This document shows, piece by piece, positions 13,001 to 29,375 of a DNA stretch of 64,000 nucleotides. Source of the DNA: the human T2T-CHM13v2.0 reference genome, Homo sapiens; NCBI RefSeq assembly GCF_009914755.1, contig NC_060934.1; one strand, given 5' to 3'. The position numbers were made by a program, and so were the translations under genes. Position 1 is the first letter of the stretch. Each line of letters starts with the position of its first letter. The notes below the pieces were generated by a model that saw only the letters and a list, made by a program, of their open reading frames with translations, was not told the DNA's origin and did not search any database.

Positions 13001-16000
13001 CTAATTTTGATAAACTACAATTTGCCATTCTTTTCTTTTATAGAACATACTTTGGGCATTGTACTTAGAAATTTAGCCTTACCCAAAGTAATGTAGATTC
13101 TTTTCTCCTATGTTTTTCTTTTACAAGTTTTATGTATTTAGCTTTTCTTTTTGGGTCTAGGGTCCATTCAGAATCAACTTCTGTATGTGGTGCTAGGTAT
13201 GGATCAAAGTCAATTTTTTTTTATGTAAGGATATCCAAATTTTCTGGCACCATTTGTTGAAAATACTATCCATTTTTCTACTGAGATGAATTTGTATCTT
13301 TGTCAAAAGTCAATTTACCATATATGTGTAGGTCTATTTCTAAACTCTCTATGCTGTTCCATTGATCTGTGTATTACTCTTTATACCAATAACACATTCT
13401 CCTGATTACTGCAGCTTCATAATAAGTCTTAAAGTCAGGTAGTGTGTATTTCTTCCTACTTCATTCTTCTTTTTCGAATTTGTGTTGGCTATTCTATGCT
13501 ATTTGCATTACTATATAAACCTTAGAATTTCCTTGTGAAATTCTTAAAAGAGAAACTTGCTGGGATTATGATTATTATCACATTGAATTGATATATCGCT
13601 TTGGAGAGAGCTCATAACAGATTGAGTTTTCTAACCTGCAAACACAATCTTTCTCTCTGTTTGTTTAAATCATCATTATTTTCTTTCAGCAAGGCTTTTA
13701 GATTTTAGTACACAGGCCTTATACATCTTCATCATATTTATTCCAAATCTTCTTATTTTAAAATTCTATTTGGGATAGTATTTTTTACTTTGATTTCCAA
13801 ATGTTTGTTGCGAGTATATAGAAATACAATTAATTATGTATATCCATGTTCTATATTGTGACCGTGATAAATACACTTAAGTCTTATAGCTTTTCCCCCT
13901 TCAAACTGGATATCTTCAATTTTTCTTCAAGTCTGATTGTACTGGCTAAAATGAGAATTGGTGAGAGTTCCTTGTTCCTGATGTTAGAAAATAAGCATTT
14001 AGTCTTTCACCGTTAAGTGTATTGATAGGAGTATATTTTTTATAGATTGTCTTTATTAGATTAAAAAATTCTACTACTCTTAGTTTGCTGAGAGTTTCTA
14101 TGAAAAGCTGACATTGGATTTTGTCAAATGATTTCTCTCATCTCTTGAAATATTTACATGGATGGTCCTTCTTAATCTGTTAACATGGTGAATACCTTAA
14201 TAGATTTTTTTAGTGTATTTGTATTATTTATACATCCTACCTGGTCATGATGTGTTATCATTTTGACTTATTGTTTGATTTGATACACTATGATTTTGTT
14301 TAGAATTTTTGCATCTATGTTCATGACAGATACTTGTCTGCACTTTTTTTTTCTATTGATATGCTTTGTGTCTCAGAATAATGCTGGCTTTATCCAATAA
14401 ATTCAGAAATACTACGTTCTCAATTTTCGGGGAGTGTTTGTGCAGAATTGGTCTTTTCCCTAAAAGTTCAGTAGCATTCAAAAGTGTAACCATCTGAGTC
14501 TCGAATTTTGTTGTTGGAAAGGTTTTGAAGTACAAATTTAACTTCTTTAATACACATGGGGGCTATTGTGGATCTCTATCTCTTGATAAAGCTTTTGTAG
14601 TTTAAGACTTTCAAGAAATTTTCTCATCTATGTTGTGAAAGAACAACTCTAACATGAAGTTGTTCATAATATTTAATAATTATCTTTTTTTAAAATGTAT
14701 CTATCAGCTCTGTGGTGATGGCACTACTCTTATTCCTGATACTGTTAATTTGTCTATTCTCTCTGTGTTCCTGCAGAGAAGTTAATCATTTTTATTGCGT
14801 TATCAAAGAGCTACCTTTTCATTTCATATATTTTCTTTATTGTTTTGCTGTTTTCTATTTAATTAACTTCTGCTCTATATTGACTATTTCCTTCTCCTTA
14901 TTTTGGATATAATTTACATTGGCTTTTAGTTCCAATTTGTCCTTAGGTAGATACTGAGAATATTGCTTTGAAACTTTTTTTTCCCTACATGTTTTCTTTT
15001 CATTTGTATTGACTTCAAAATACTTTCTAATCTCTATTTTTGTTTTTTAATTTACATTTAAATAATTTAGAAGTATGTTGTTTAGCTTCCAAACATTTGG
15101 GATTTTCAAGTTTTTTTTTATTATTTCTTGTTTAATTTCATTGCGGTCCGATAATACGTTTTGTATGATTTAAGTACCTTATGTTTACTGAGACTTGTCT
15201 TCTGGCCCAGACTATTTTGTTTTTAGTAACTGTTCCGCTAATATTTGGAAAAAAGATACTGATTCCTGTATTCTGTTATTTTGGGGTGGAATATTCTGAA
15301 AGTGTCAACTGGGTCAACTTGGTTGAATGTTGTTTGAGCCTTCATTATTCTCACCTATACCCTGCACACTTAATTCTATCAAATATTGAGAGTGGGATAT
15401 TAAAATCCCTGACTTTAATCGTGTATTTTTCTATTTCTCTTTGTAGTTTTATCAGTTTTTACGGAATGACTTGTAAAACTCTGTTATTAGGTGCATAACC
15501 ATTTAGAATTATTTTGTCCTCTAGATGAATTGACACCTTCGTCATGTTGAAATTTATCCTTGAATTACTCTGGAATTTATTTCTCTGATATTAATAGAAC
15601 TATCCCTGCTTTCTTTTCATAGGTAATTTTTTGGTATATTTTTTCTTACCCTTTTACTTTCAACGTATTCATGCCTTTATATGTAAAGTCAGTTTTTAAT
15701 GAGGACTTGCTTTTTATGCTATATGACAATTTCTGCCCTTTAGTTGGGGTATAGACAGCGCATCATATAATTATTGATAAAGTTGGAATTACTTTTTTCT
15801 GTTGGTTTTAATTTGTCCTCCCTTTTTTTTTTTTTTCTTTTCTGTTGGCCTTCCTTTGAATTAAATGAGTATTTTTCATAATTGCATTTCATTTCACTTG
15901 TTGCCACATTAGGTACAACTGTTTGTTGTGTTATGTTAGTGGTTACTTTTGGATTTGTATAATATGTAATTCATTCCTCACATTCTACATTCATGTTATA

Positions 16001-16204
16001 TCATATCACTTTGCATGTAAGAATCCCAGGACAACATACTTCCATTTTTATCTTCCTATTCTTCGAACTAGTCTTACCATCAATATACCTATACATATGT
16101 TATAAATCAAATAATTATCTTTATTTTTAATTTTTTCTGAATACAGAAACACAAGTGGAAATAATTATCATTTTTGACTTAAAGAGTTCATTCTCTTTTT
16201 AAAA

Positions 16205-17175
16205 AGTAGGCTTATTCTTAAAGAAGTTTTAGGTTCACAGCAATATTAGCAGAAAATGCAGAGCTCCCACATACGTGCATAACTTCCTTCATTATTAACA
16301 TCCCCTACATGGTAACATATTTCTTATTATTGATGAGCCTACATTGACACATTGTCGTTACCCAATATCCATAGCTTACATTAGGATTCACTGTACATTC
16401 TATGGATTTGACAAATATGTAATGACATAGATCCCCCAAACTAGCATCATACAGGATAGTTCACTGCCCTAAACAATCCTCTGTGCTCTGTCTCTTCATC
16501 CTTCCTTCCACACTACTCCCTTGCAACCACAGATGTTTATATTATCTCCATAGTTCTGCATTTTCCAGAATGTCGTATACTTGGAATCATACAATATATA
16601 TCCTCTTCAGATTACCTTATTTTACTTAGTGATATGCATTTAAGACATTCCTCCATGTCTTTTCATGTCTTCATGGCTCATTTATTTTTACCACTGAATA
16701 ATATTACATTGTCTGGATGTACCACAGTTTGTTAATCCACCTACTGAAGGAGATCTTGTTTGCTTCCAATTTTTAGCAATTATGAATAAACCTGCTGCAA
16801 ACATTTATGTGTAGTTTTTCATGTGGACATAAGTTTTCAACTCATGTGGGTAAATACCAAGGAGCACAATTACTGGATCATATGACAAGAGTGTGTTTAG
16901 TTTGTGAGAAGCTGAAAACTGTCTTCTGAAGTGGCTATCACAGTTTGCATTCCCACCAGCAGTGAGTGAGAGTTCCTGTTGCTCCACATCCTCACCAGCA
17001 TTTGGTGTTGTCAGAGTTTCAGATTTTTGCCATTCTAATCTCTTGTAATTGTATCTCACTGTCATTTTAATCTGCAAATCCCTAATGATGTATGATGTTG
17101 AACATCTTCTCATATGCTTATCTGCCATCAGTATATATTCTTTGATGAGATGTCTGTTCAGTTCTTTTGCCCAAA
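16205..17175 (-). mobile_element. L1MC1/2-type 3' fragment nested in the older L1M
   Basis: AAGTTTTAGGTTCACAGC...GATGAGCCTACATTGACACAT 3' UTR signature. ORF 16805-17263(-) translates to degraded L1 ORF2 C-terminus (WAKELNRH..., YDPVIVLLGIYP). Confidence 0.82.
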
Positions 17176-17209
17176 TATTTTTGCCCAAATATATTTGCCC
17201 AAATATTTG

Positions 17210-17865
17210 GGCTGCGGTGGTTGTGGGGCTGATGAGAAACCACTGAAGTTCCTGGGGAAGCAAAGTAGAGTTTCATAAGAACAAAATGGATGGAGAGGAG
17301 AAAACCTGTGGTGGCTGTGAAGGCCCTGATGCGATGTATGTGAAATTGATATCATCTGATGGCCATGAATTTATTGTAAAAAGAGAACATGCATTAACAT
17401 CAGGCACAATAAAAACCACATTGGGTGGCCCAGGTCAGTCTGCTGTGAATGAAACCAATGAGGTCAATTTTAGAGAGATACCTTCGCGTGTGCTATCAAA
17501 AGTATGCACGTATTTTATGTATAAGGTTCGCTACCCTAACAGCTCCACCGAGGTTCCAGAGCTCCCAATTGCACCTGAAATTGCACTAGAACTGTTAATG
17601 GATGTGAGCTTCCTAGATTGTGAAATAAAATAAATTATAATAAACTGTTAACTCTTTTCAGTATTTAATACCTGTAGTTCAGTTAGTAATTTTTTCATAT
17701 ATAGCATGTTGCCTGTATGCAGTTGAACTATATAAAGTTCATTGCAAAGGAGATTATCTTCTGTTTTTTGCATAGCAATCAAAGTTGAAGTTTGTTGCTA
17801 CATCAACAAATTAAGGATATTTCCACAAACTGAGAAATAAAGATGCCAATTTGTAAAAAAAAAAT
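17210..17865 (+). pseudogene. ELOC: Processed pseudogene/retrocopy of Elongin C (ELOC/TCEB1): 5' UTR part, intronless ORF 17286-17633, 3' UTR, poly(A)
   Basis: Translation [43 protein letters not shown]...[11 protein letters not shown]...FLDC is clearly Elongin C. No introns, AATAAA at 17836 and an A tail at 17855-17865. Inserted inside L1 relics. Which ELOCP locus it is cannot be told from the sequence alone. Confidence 0.96.
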
Positions 17866-18491
17866 AATAATCATCATAAAGATAGTTATTTATATTTACC
17901 AATGTGATGACCAATTCTGGTTCTATGCATTTCTTTGTAAAGATCTATTATTTTCCTCTCAAATTATTTTCTTTTAGCTCTTCTATGTGTAACAAGTACT
18001 TATTTTATCTTTAACTCCAAATGATATATTTATTAGTTATGGAAATCTAGGCTGACATCTTTTTTTGTTTGTTTTAGTCATTTCAGTAATTTAGTTTTGT
18101 GGCTGTACTTTCTGGCATTGTTTCTGAAAAAAAAAGTCTGCTGTCATTCTGATCTTTGTTAGGTGAATCATTCAGATTTTCAATCTAGGAGATGATTGTT
18201 TTTATTAACTTTGGAAATTTGTGCACCATTTCTTCAAATATTTTTCCTAGGTCAGCCCTCTTATCCTCTTTCCTGACACATTCTATTTAAACTGCTTGAA
18301 GTTGTCTCACAGACAACGATGTTCTGTATATTTTTTAGTCTTTTTTTCTTTCTGTATTTTATTTTATACAGTTATGACAGCTATATCTTCAAATTACAAA
18401 TCTTATCCACTATAATGTATGATATACTATTAATTGCCCCTAATAGTAATAATAACCATTTTAATGTCATTATCTACTTAAGACCTGTGTC

Positions 18492-18821
<330 letters not shown>

Positions 18822-18839
18822 TAGTATTTCTGTTAATTA

Positions 18840-19230
<391 letters not shown>

Positions 19231-20505
19231 ATTCTTAAGCATTTTAGAGTGATTCAGTTTTACTGGGAAATTGATCCTTTTGAGACTTGCTTTTACAAGT
19301 TTGTTAAGTGGTACCAGAGCAGTGTTTAGTCTGAAGTTAACTTCCCCACCACCCAGACAAAGCTCTTCCAAGTGTTCTGTGCGATACTCTGAATTATGAA
19401 GTTTCTCACGTTAACTAGTGGGAAAAGGAACGATTACCAGCCATGACTAAGTCCCAGGGACTGCTCCTTCTTCTCTTTTTAATGATACTTTTTGCAGCCT
19501 CAGTACATGTGCCCAAATGTATGCATTGATCAGTACTCAGCTGAAGGCGTGAAGGAGATCAACTGCAGATCTTCACGTCTCTGTGCGTGCAGCATTACCA
19601 TTCTTTCTTGTGAATTGTGGATATTTCCATAACCAGAATTTTTGCTTTATCTCAGAGAGCTCTGGGCTCTACAGTGCTTCCCCTTCTTATGTCATAACAA
19701 AAACTCTCCCTTGGCCATCAGCTGTGGAGACTGAAGACTCCTCTCATGAAGTTTTGTGTCTCTCATGAATCCTTGTCTTTCGTTGCCTGATGTCCAGTTT
19801 TGTTAAAATATATTTTTTTAAACGCTTACATTTTATCTGTTTTTTTTTTTTTTTCATTGTTTCTGGTGGGAACTTAAATTCTGGCCTGTTGAAAGTGTAA
19901 GTGTCTCCTTTTTAGTTTAAGAGCCAATTCATATCGTATTTCTGATATTCTACGGGAATTGTCTTGTTCAGGGTTTTACAGAGTTTGGACATTGATGGAA
20001 ATAAAAAAAATAAAATTCTAAAAATGCAACACCTTTGCATTCAGATTGTAACAGCTGTAATTCAGTCACCTATTCTTTTTTAAACGAGCATTTATATGTG
20101 AGTGTAAAAATTATTTTAAGTAAAATTCATGTACTTGTTGTTTTTCTCTTTTTATATGTCACATTTTGAAAACAATAATTTATCAATAGGTCGGTGCAAT
20201 AATAACAATTTTACTGAAGAATATATTAGTCGCCCTTCTTTTGTGGAGCAGTTTTGATGAAGTCCTCTCTCAAGACAAAGTCATGATTTTTGAAGCCTTT
20301 TCTGAGATCTTGTCCAGAGTGTAATATTAAAACGTGCCTTCATTGCTCATTTGTATCATCTTATACCACGTAAAATTTTTCTTTGCCATAACAACCCTAA
20401 TATATTTTTAACTTATGTCTAGGTCTATGTGAAACAAATAATTCCAAAATTTTATTCTTTTAAACTACTAAAAATTCCCAATATTTATATTATTATGGGG
20501 ACTTG

Positions 20506-20507
<2 letters not shown>

Positions 20508-20580
<73 letters not shown>
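20508..20580. repeat. Compound (TA)n(CA)n microsatellite
   Basis: Directly visible. Confidence 0.97.
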
Positions 20581-20585
<5 letters not shown>

Positions 20586-20796
20586 AATAGGGGAGAGTTC
20601 AGTAATTACAGTGTCAATGCCCCCAAATACATTCTAATAATTAAAAAGTAAAAGGCAAACCCAACCTTCTTTCCACTTAATAGATTCTCGATTAAAACAG
20701 AATAGCAATCAACTTTTATGAGCATTTTGATTACAAAGCTGCTTCACTTCTGACCAAATCAGCTTCACTGATTCATTATATTTTTCCTCTTTCTGG

Positions 20797-21015
20797 CCTG
20801 CCTGCCCTCCCTTACTCCTTCCCTCCCTTATTTCCTTCCTTCCTTCCTTCCTTCCCTCCCTCCCTCTCTCCCTGCCTTTCTTCTCTCCCTTCCCTCCCTT
20901 CTCATTCCTTCTCCTTCCTTCTCCTTCTCCTTCCTTCTCCTTCTTTCTCCTTCTCCTTCCTTCTCCTTCTCCTTCCTTCCTTCCTTAATTCCTTCTTTCC
21001 TTCCTTCCTTCCTTC
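20797..21015. repeat. Polypyrimidine (TTCC/CTCCTT)n low-complexity tract
   Basis: Directly visible. It is the source of the spurious R/K/E/G-rich ORF 20828-21118. Confidence 0.95.
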
Positions 21016-21617
21016 TGCTTGCTTTCATAATATTATTTGGGGAGCACTGGAATAATAGCATTGAGTTATCACGAGCGCTCATGATAAAGTGGTACGTAGT
21101 ACATTTGCGTTCTAACATAAATACAAGTAGTATGAAACCTTCAGAGACTTAGTTGAGATGCTTTGTTCCTCTTTGCTTCAACTGACAGTGCAAGGAACAA
21201 TTTTAGATTTCTGCAGGTTTATGTCTCACAAACATGTACACAGTGAACAAAATTTAAAGCAATTCTTTAGATAACTGAGACCTTAAAATGCCTACTTCCA
21301 TCTGACATTTCAAGATAATTTTTTTTAACTTGTAAAAATTGATTTTGCTTAAATTATCTAGATACATGCCTCATCTGCACTCTGCTTTTTGCCCACAAAT
21401 ATATCTTATTTATTTCTCAGGTCTTTTTTCACTGCAGTCAGGTTAAAGTTTTTGAATTGATTTGATTGATGACCTCACATCTATCTTTACATATTTACAT
21501 CCAACCAATTATCAGATGCTAAAATGAACTTTGACAAATAAGAAAACTTTTCTCTCTTGAATAGTGGCTGAGCTGTAACAGACTTGTGAATTTAATCAAC
21601 CTTAAAATTAGTATGAG

Positions 21618-21619
<2 letters not shown>

Positions 21620-21651
<32 letters not shown>
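21620..21651. repeat. (TG)n microsatellite
   Basis: Directly visible. Confidence 0.97.
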
Positions 21652-21652
<1 letters not shown>

Positions 21653-23737
21653 ACGTGTTGATATATCTATTTAGAGAGTCTCCGGTCTCATACTTTTCTC
21701 AGATTTTCATCCACCAAGCAGCTTTGTGAAACAGATGCTGTTTATCATGTCTTTGCCTTCTCCAAGTTGATGTTAATTTTAGAAGTCAATGAGAAACATG
21801 GAAAGCTTAAATTCTTCGTCAAATTAAATGTGGCAAAGAAGACATCAGAATGTTACAAGAGTCTATTGGAAATATATCTGCTCATTGGTTCTTGTATAGT
21901 CTTCTTTCTGCAGAGATCTATATTTATGCATGTTCCTTGTTTGCTTCCTTAGAAATCTATAAATTATATCTATATCTGTCAGTCTGACAAATGTATTACC
22001 TTATACACCCATGGAGAATTTTATCAGGATAATTTTAATGGCCTGTAGCTATTGAACACAGCCGGTGACAAATCATTTCTTCTGTTATTGACCACAGCAT
22101 TAAAACCGTTTTCAAAACAGTATTCAAGAAAGCCAGAAAATTGGGTACATTGTGTATCTTCTATTGAAATAAGATACTGTTTGTAAACAAAAATGTACAT
22201 GTTCTTATCTTTATAACTGAATTTAAATTTCAGTTAATTAATAAATGCTTTATTATTATGTTTGACTCTGAAGAAATCTTTAAATTTAAGCTTTGAAAAA
22301 AAGACATTATAAAATTATATCACTCAGGGGAATGAAAAGGTTAAATAACTCTTATTCCTAACTTTTCACATTCAAAGTGCAACTATAATTTCAAAGTTTT
22401 TCAGAATTTTAATCTCTACTGTGTGTCTAGTACTTTAATATGTAATTTAATCTTCACCAAAAAAACTTCATGAAGTAGGTAATCTACTCATGATCGATTC
22501 TATCTATCACTATTTTACTGATTAGAAAACTGAGTCTTGAATACAGTGAGTATATTGACCAAAATGTATACAGTTGGCAAATGTCAACTAGGACCTTTCT
22601 ACTAACAAAGTTTTTTTTGGTTTTGTTTTAATTAGGCAATATGCACTCAGTTATATAATAGAGGATGATTATATAAATGGAACTCTGATTTGGTAAATTG
22701 TTTTTAAAAACTAGGGATTCAAAAATTCCTAGAGTATCTATTTTCTTTCTCCTCTTCCCTTTTCTGCTCTGTAGTATTTAGTGGTGTATCATTCTAAGAA
22801 AATAAAACTAATATACAAGTTCATAATAATGTTCTTCAAGCACCCTATGTAGCAAAAGCCATAAACCCAATTTATTTCAGAGTAGTTTTCAGATCACTAT
22901 GTTTGAGAAATTGCTGTGTAATTTCAGAATCAACAGCTAACAGACTTGGCTTATAGGTTTTATTTTTTTCTTATGAGAAGAAATATCATTTAATGTCCAC
23001 CATCAATTGTAACATTGCACTGAGGTTTTAGTAAAATAATTTGCTTTTACTTTCTATTATAGTCTTTAGAGTGCTTTAATTGGAATCCCATTATTATCTT
23101 TTCATTGAATTTCAGTCCAAGGTAGATCATAAAGGCAGCTAACTGCATTAATAAGAAGTACTTTTACTATTTCAAAAGTAAAAATATTTCACTATTTTTG
23201 TGTCTTGAATATGAAGATTAGGTATTCTTATAAGAAAAGAAAAAAAATACTGAGTGACTTCTTTAATCTTTTTCAATCTTATGACTAATTCTTTCTTTTT
23301 TAATTAAATATTCTTCTTAGGATTAATAATTCCCTTAAAATAATAAAATAATTATAAAATGTATTTGCTCAGGCCTATCGTATTCTGCAATTTCCAACAT
23401 TACAAATTTTTTTATTCATTCATTCATCCATAAAATATTATTTAAAACCTACTCTGTGCCACCTCTTTTGCTAGAATCTAAGAATAAAATGGTAGAACAA
23501 AACAGTGTATTGGCCTGGAAGTTATTAAACAAATAATCATAAAAATGTATTATGATAAATTATGTTAAGTGCTTTGAAGAAAATGTGCAGGAACTTCTAG
23601 GAACATGTGTTAAAGAGACCTGACCTGGGGTGGTGAAGTGAGAAAGTTGGGATAGGAAGTCTTCTCTGAAAAAATAATGTTAAAACAGATTTTTTTTAAA
23701 GGAATGTGTAATAATTAGGCAGAGAAGAAGGGATACA

Positions 23738-24833
23738 ATAAACTAAAAAGCTTTTGCACAGCAAAAGTAGCTATCAGCAGAGTAAACATACAACCCACAG
23801 AGTGGGAGAAAATCTTCACAATCTACACATGTGACAAATGACTGATATCCAGAATCTGCAACAAACTCAAACAAATTAGCAAGAAAAAAACAATCCCATC
23901 AAAAAGTGGGCTAAGGACATGAATAGACAATTCTCAGAAGAAGATATACAAATGGCAAACAAACATACAAAAAAATGCTCAACATAGCAAATGATCAGGG
24001 AAATTCAAATCAAAACCACAATGCAATACAACCTTACTTCTGGAAGAATGGCCATAATCAAAAAAATTAAAAAATAATCAATGGTGTGGATGTAGTGAAA
24101 AGGAAACACTTCTACAGTGCTGGTCGAATGTAAACTAGTATAACCACTATAAAAAACCAGCGTAGAGATTCCTTAAAGAACTAAAAGTAGAACTACTGTT
24201 TGATCCAGCACTTCCACTACTGGGTATCTACCCAGAGGAAAAGCAGTCATTATACGAAAAAGATACTTGCACATGCATGTTTACAGTAACACAATTTGCA
24301 ATTGCAAAAATGTGGAACCAGCCCAAATGTCCATCAATCAACGAGTAGATAAAGAAACTGTGCTACGTGTGTGTGTATGTATGTGTGTGTATATATACAT
24401 ATATACATATATATATAATATATATATTATATATACATATATACATATATATATATTATATATATATATATATAAATAAATACTACTCAGCTATTGAAAG
24501 AATTAATGGCATTTGCAGCAACCTGAATGGGATTGGAGACTATTATTCTAAGTGAAGTAACTCAAGAATGGAAAACCAAACATCATATGTTCTACTCCTA
24601 AGTGGGAGCTAAGCTATGAGGATGCAAAGGCATAAGAATGATACCATGGATTTGGGGACTCGGGGAAAGGGTGGGAAGAGCGTGAGGGATAAAAGACTAC
24701 AAATTGGGTTCAGCGTATACTGCTTGGGTGATGGATGCACCAAAATCTCACAAATCACCCCTAAAGAACTTACTGGTGTAATAAATACCACCTGTTCCCC
24801 AAAACCCTATGGAAATAAAAAAATTAAAAAAAA
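23738..24833 (+). mobile_element. L1PB1-like 5'-truncated LINE with an internal (TA)-rich microsatellite (24367-24475), inside an L2 relic
   Basis: ORF2 end (AAACTAAAAAGCTTTTGCACAGCAAAAG) and 3' UTR GAGGGATAAAAGACTACAAATTGGG...CTATGGAAATAAAAAAATT. Confidence 0.88.
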
Positions 24834-24880
24834 TACACAAACAGAAGACCCTGAAGTGAGGAAGAGCATTGCTGGCTTAG

Positions 24881-27000
<2,120 letters not shown>

Positions 27001-29058
27001 GAAGCATGAATCCTTAAAATAAATAAATAAATAAATATTTAGACATTTCTTTCTTATAAGGAGAACTTCCTCACAAGCTAGAAGAAGAAACACTCCCTTT
27101 GGCTGTAAATTTTAAAGTTGAACATTATAGACTGTATATCCATTTTGGAGTACAATGCTATCTTTCTATAAGGAAATAATAGTTTAGGATGCCCAAAAAG
27201 ACCAATTACAATATTCATTGTTTGCTAGCATATGGCTTGGTAAGTCTTTACCAAGAGCAATCAGAATTTATCATAGAGCAATCCAAATTGCTCCATGATG
27301 GCTATTGAACACACACATTCTAAACTAAATTCTCTATAGATAATCCATTGACTTTGTTCACCATTACCTTGGGAAATCTGACATTCAGGGAAGTTAGATG
27401 GAGAGGCTGATTCTATTCTGAAAGTGTAAGTGTTGAGAATCTGCTGTCTGCAAATACTTAGGCTTTTTCTTCCTCTTCCTTTCCCAGTTGTCTTCTATTT
27501 CTTTAACATGTCTTCAAATCATGTTTTCCTTGTTCTTTCCTTTTTATGTTATATTATCTCTATGTTTCTCTATATTTTGGTATGATTTTTACTTCTTGTT
27601 TCACTATCTTCTCACTGTAAGTATACTTTTATCAAAATATCATTAATACATGCAAATGTAATGGTAAAGATATGTTAAAATGTCATTTAGCACCAAAATG
27701 TTACAATAAAAAACAAATCAGTCCCTTATTTTCACTTTTCTATCTCATCTTTCCATTCCCCAGATACAAGAACTTTTGACCATTTAAGTGTTCTCTGGGG
27801 GAAATAAACCTGCTAAATATATAAGTAATACAAATATTATAATCAATATTTAATAACTTCCAACATAATTCCTATTGCAAATAAGGATGTTAAGCAACCT
27901 ATTCTGTTTTGTTTCTGTATTATACTACTTACATAATTATAACTTTTAAGTGTAATAAATACTTGCTTCATACATTTGCTTATTTTTAGTTAGTTACTAA
28001 AACTTTTCACGTATTTTGATGGTTTTGTCAAATACCTGTCAATAAAATTTTCCATAATATAAAACATCAGGTAGGAGTTTTTTAAAAGTTTGTTTTGGTT
28101 GTTTACCACAGCCTTCCCGTGTAGAGCTATGCAACTTCCTGATCCATTCCAGATGGCTACTTTATGGTATTATTACATGTTTTTCACCCCCCACCACCCC
28201 GGGAATTTCCTCTGTGGTCATATAGAAGCTGACTTCACCTAGCATCTATATTGGATTCCAGATTTCTGAGGCACATATGTTTCTTTGTCTTGGCTTACTC
28301 CTTTTTATTTTTAATATGGTTGCTTTCTGAACAAAGAGTGCAAGTGAGATGAAGTGTTTGAGACTCAAAGTTAGAAAATACAATTTTTGCTATTGTCACA
28401 GTTGATTGATAGTTTTGCTAGGTATAGAAGCCTAGGTTTAAGATTATTTCCTTTCACTCAAAAATAAAGCATTAATTTCAAGAGAAATTAAAGCATTGTA
28501 CATTATCTTCTGCCTGCCAGTGTTCTAGTTTAAAAGCTCCATGCCTATTTTGTGGCTGATTCTATTCACAAAGCCTTTTTTATCACCTTTAGATGGTTTT
28601 GGGACTTTTATTATGGTTTTCTGATATATCCTGATGATATGCTTGGAAGTAAGCTTTTTGACTTTTTCTTTTTAAAATATTACAAAGTAATAGTTGCCAG
28701 TCAAATAGCAATAAAAGACTATAAACTCATCTCTCCCTTTCTCATTACTCATAGGTGGCTATTTTCTTTTGACATTAACTTCAGTATTTCTAAATAATAG
28801 GTATGCAATCATGTCTCTTGATCTCTATGATTTTCAATTTTAGAATACATGCGCTAATTTTTCATTATTTTCTCCTATTTTCTGTGAACATTTTTAAAAC
28901 TTCTATTAAGCAAATGTTAAACCTTTCATATTGATTCCCTATTTTTCTATTTTTCCCCTATGGTTCTTCATTTGTTTGTTTTCTTCTACATTTCAGAAGA
29001 AGAATTTATTTACTATGTCTTACAACCTGGCCTTACTACCATATTTAGTTTGTTCTTA

Positions 29059-29375
<317 letters not shown>

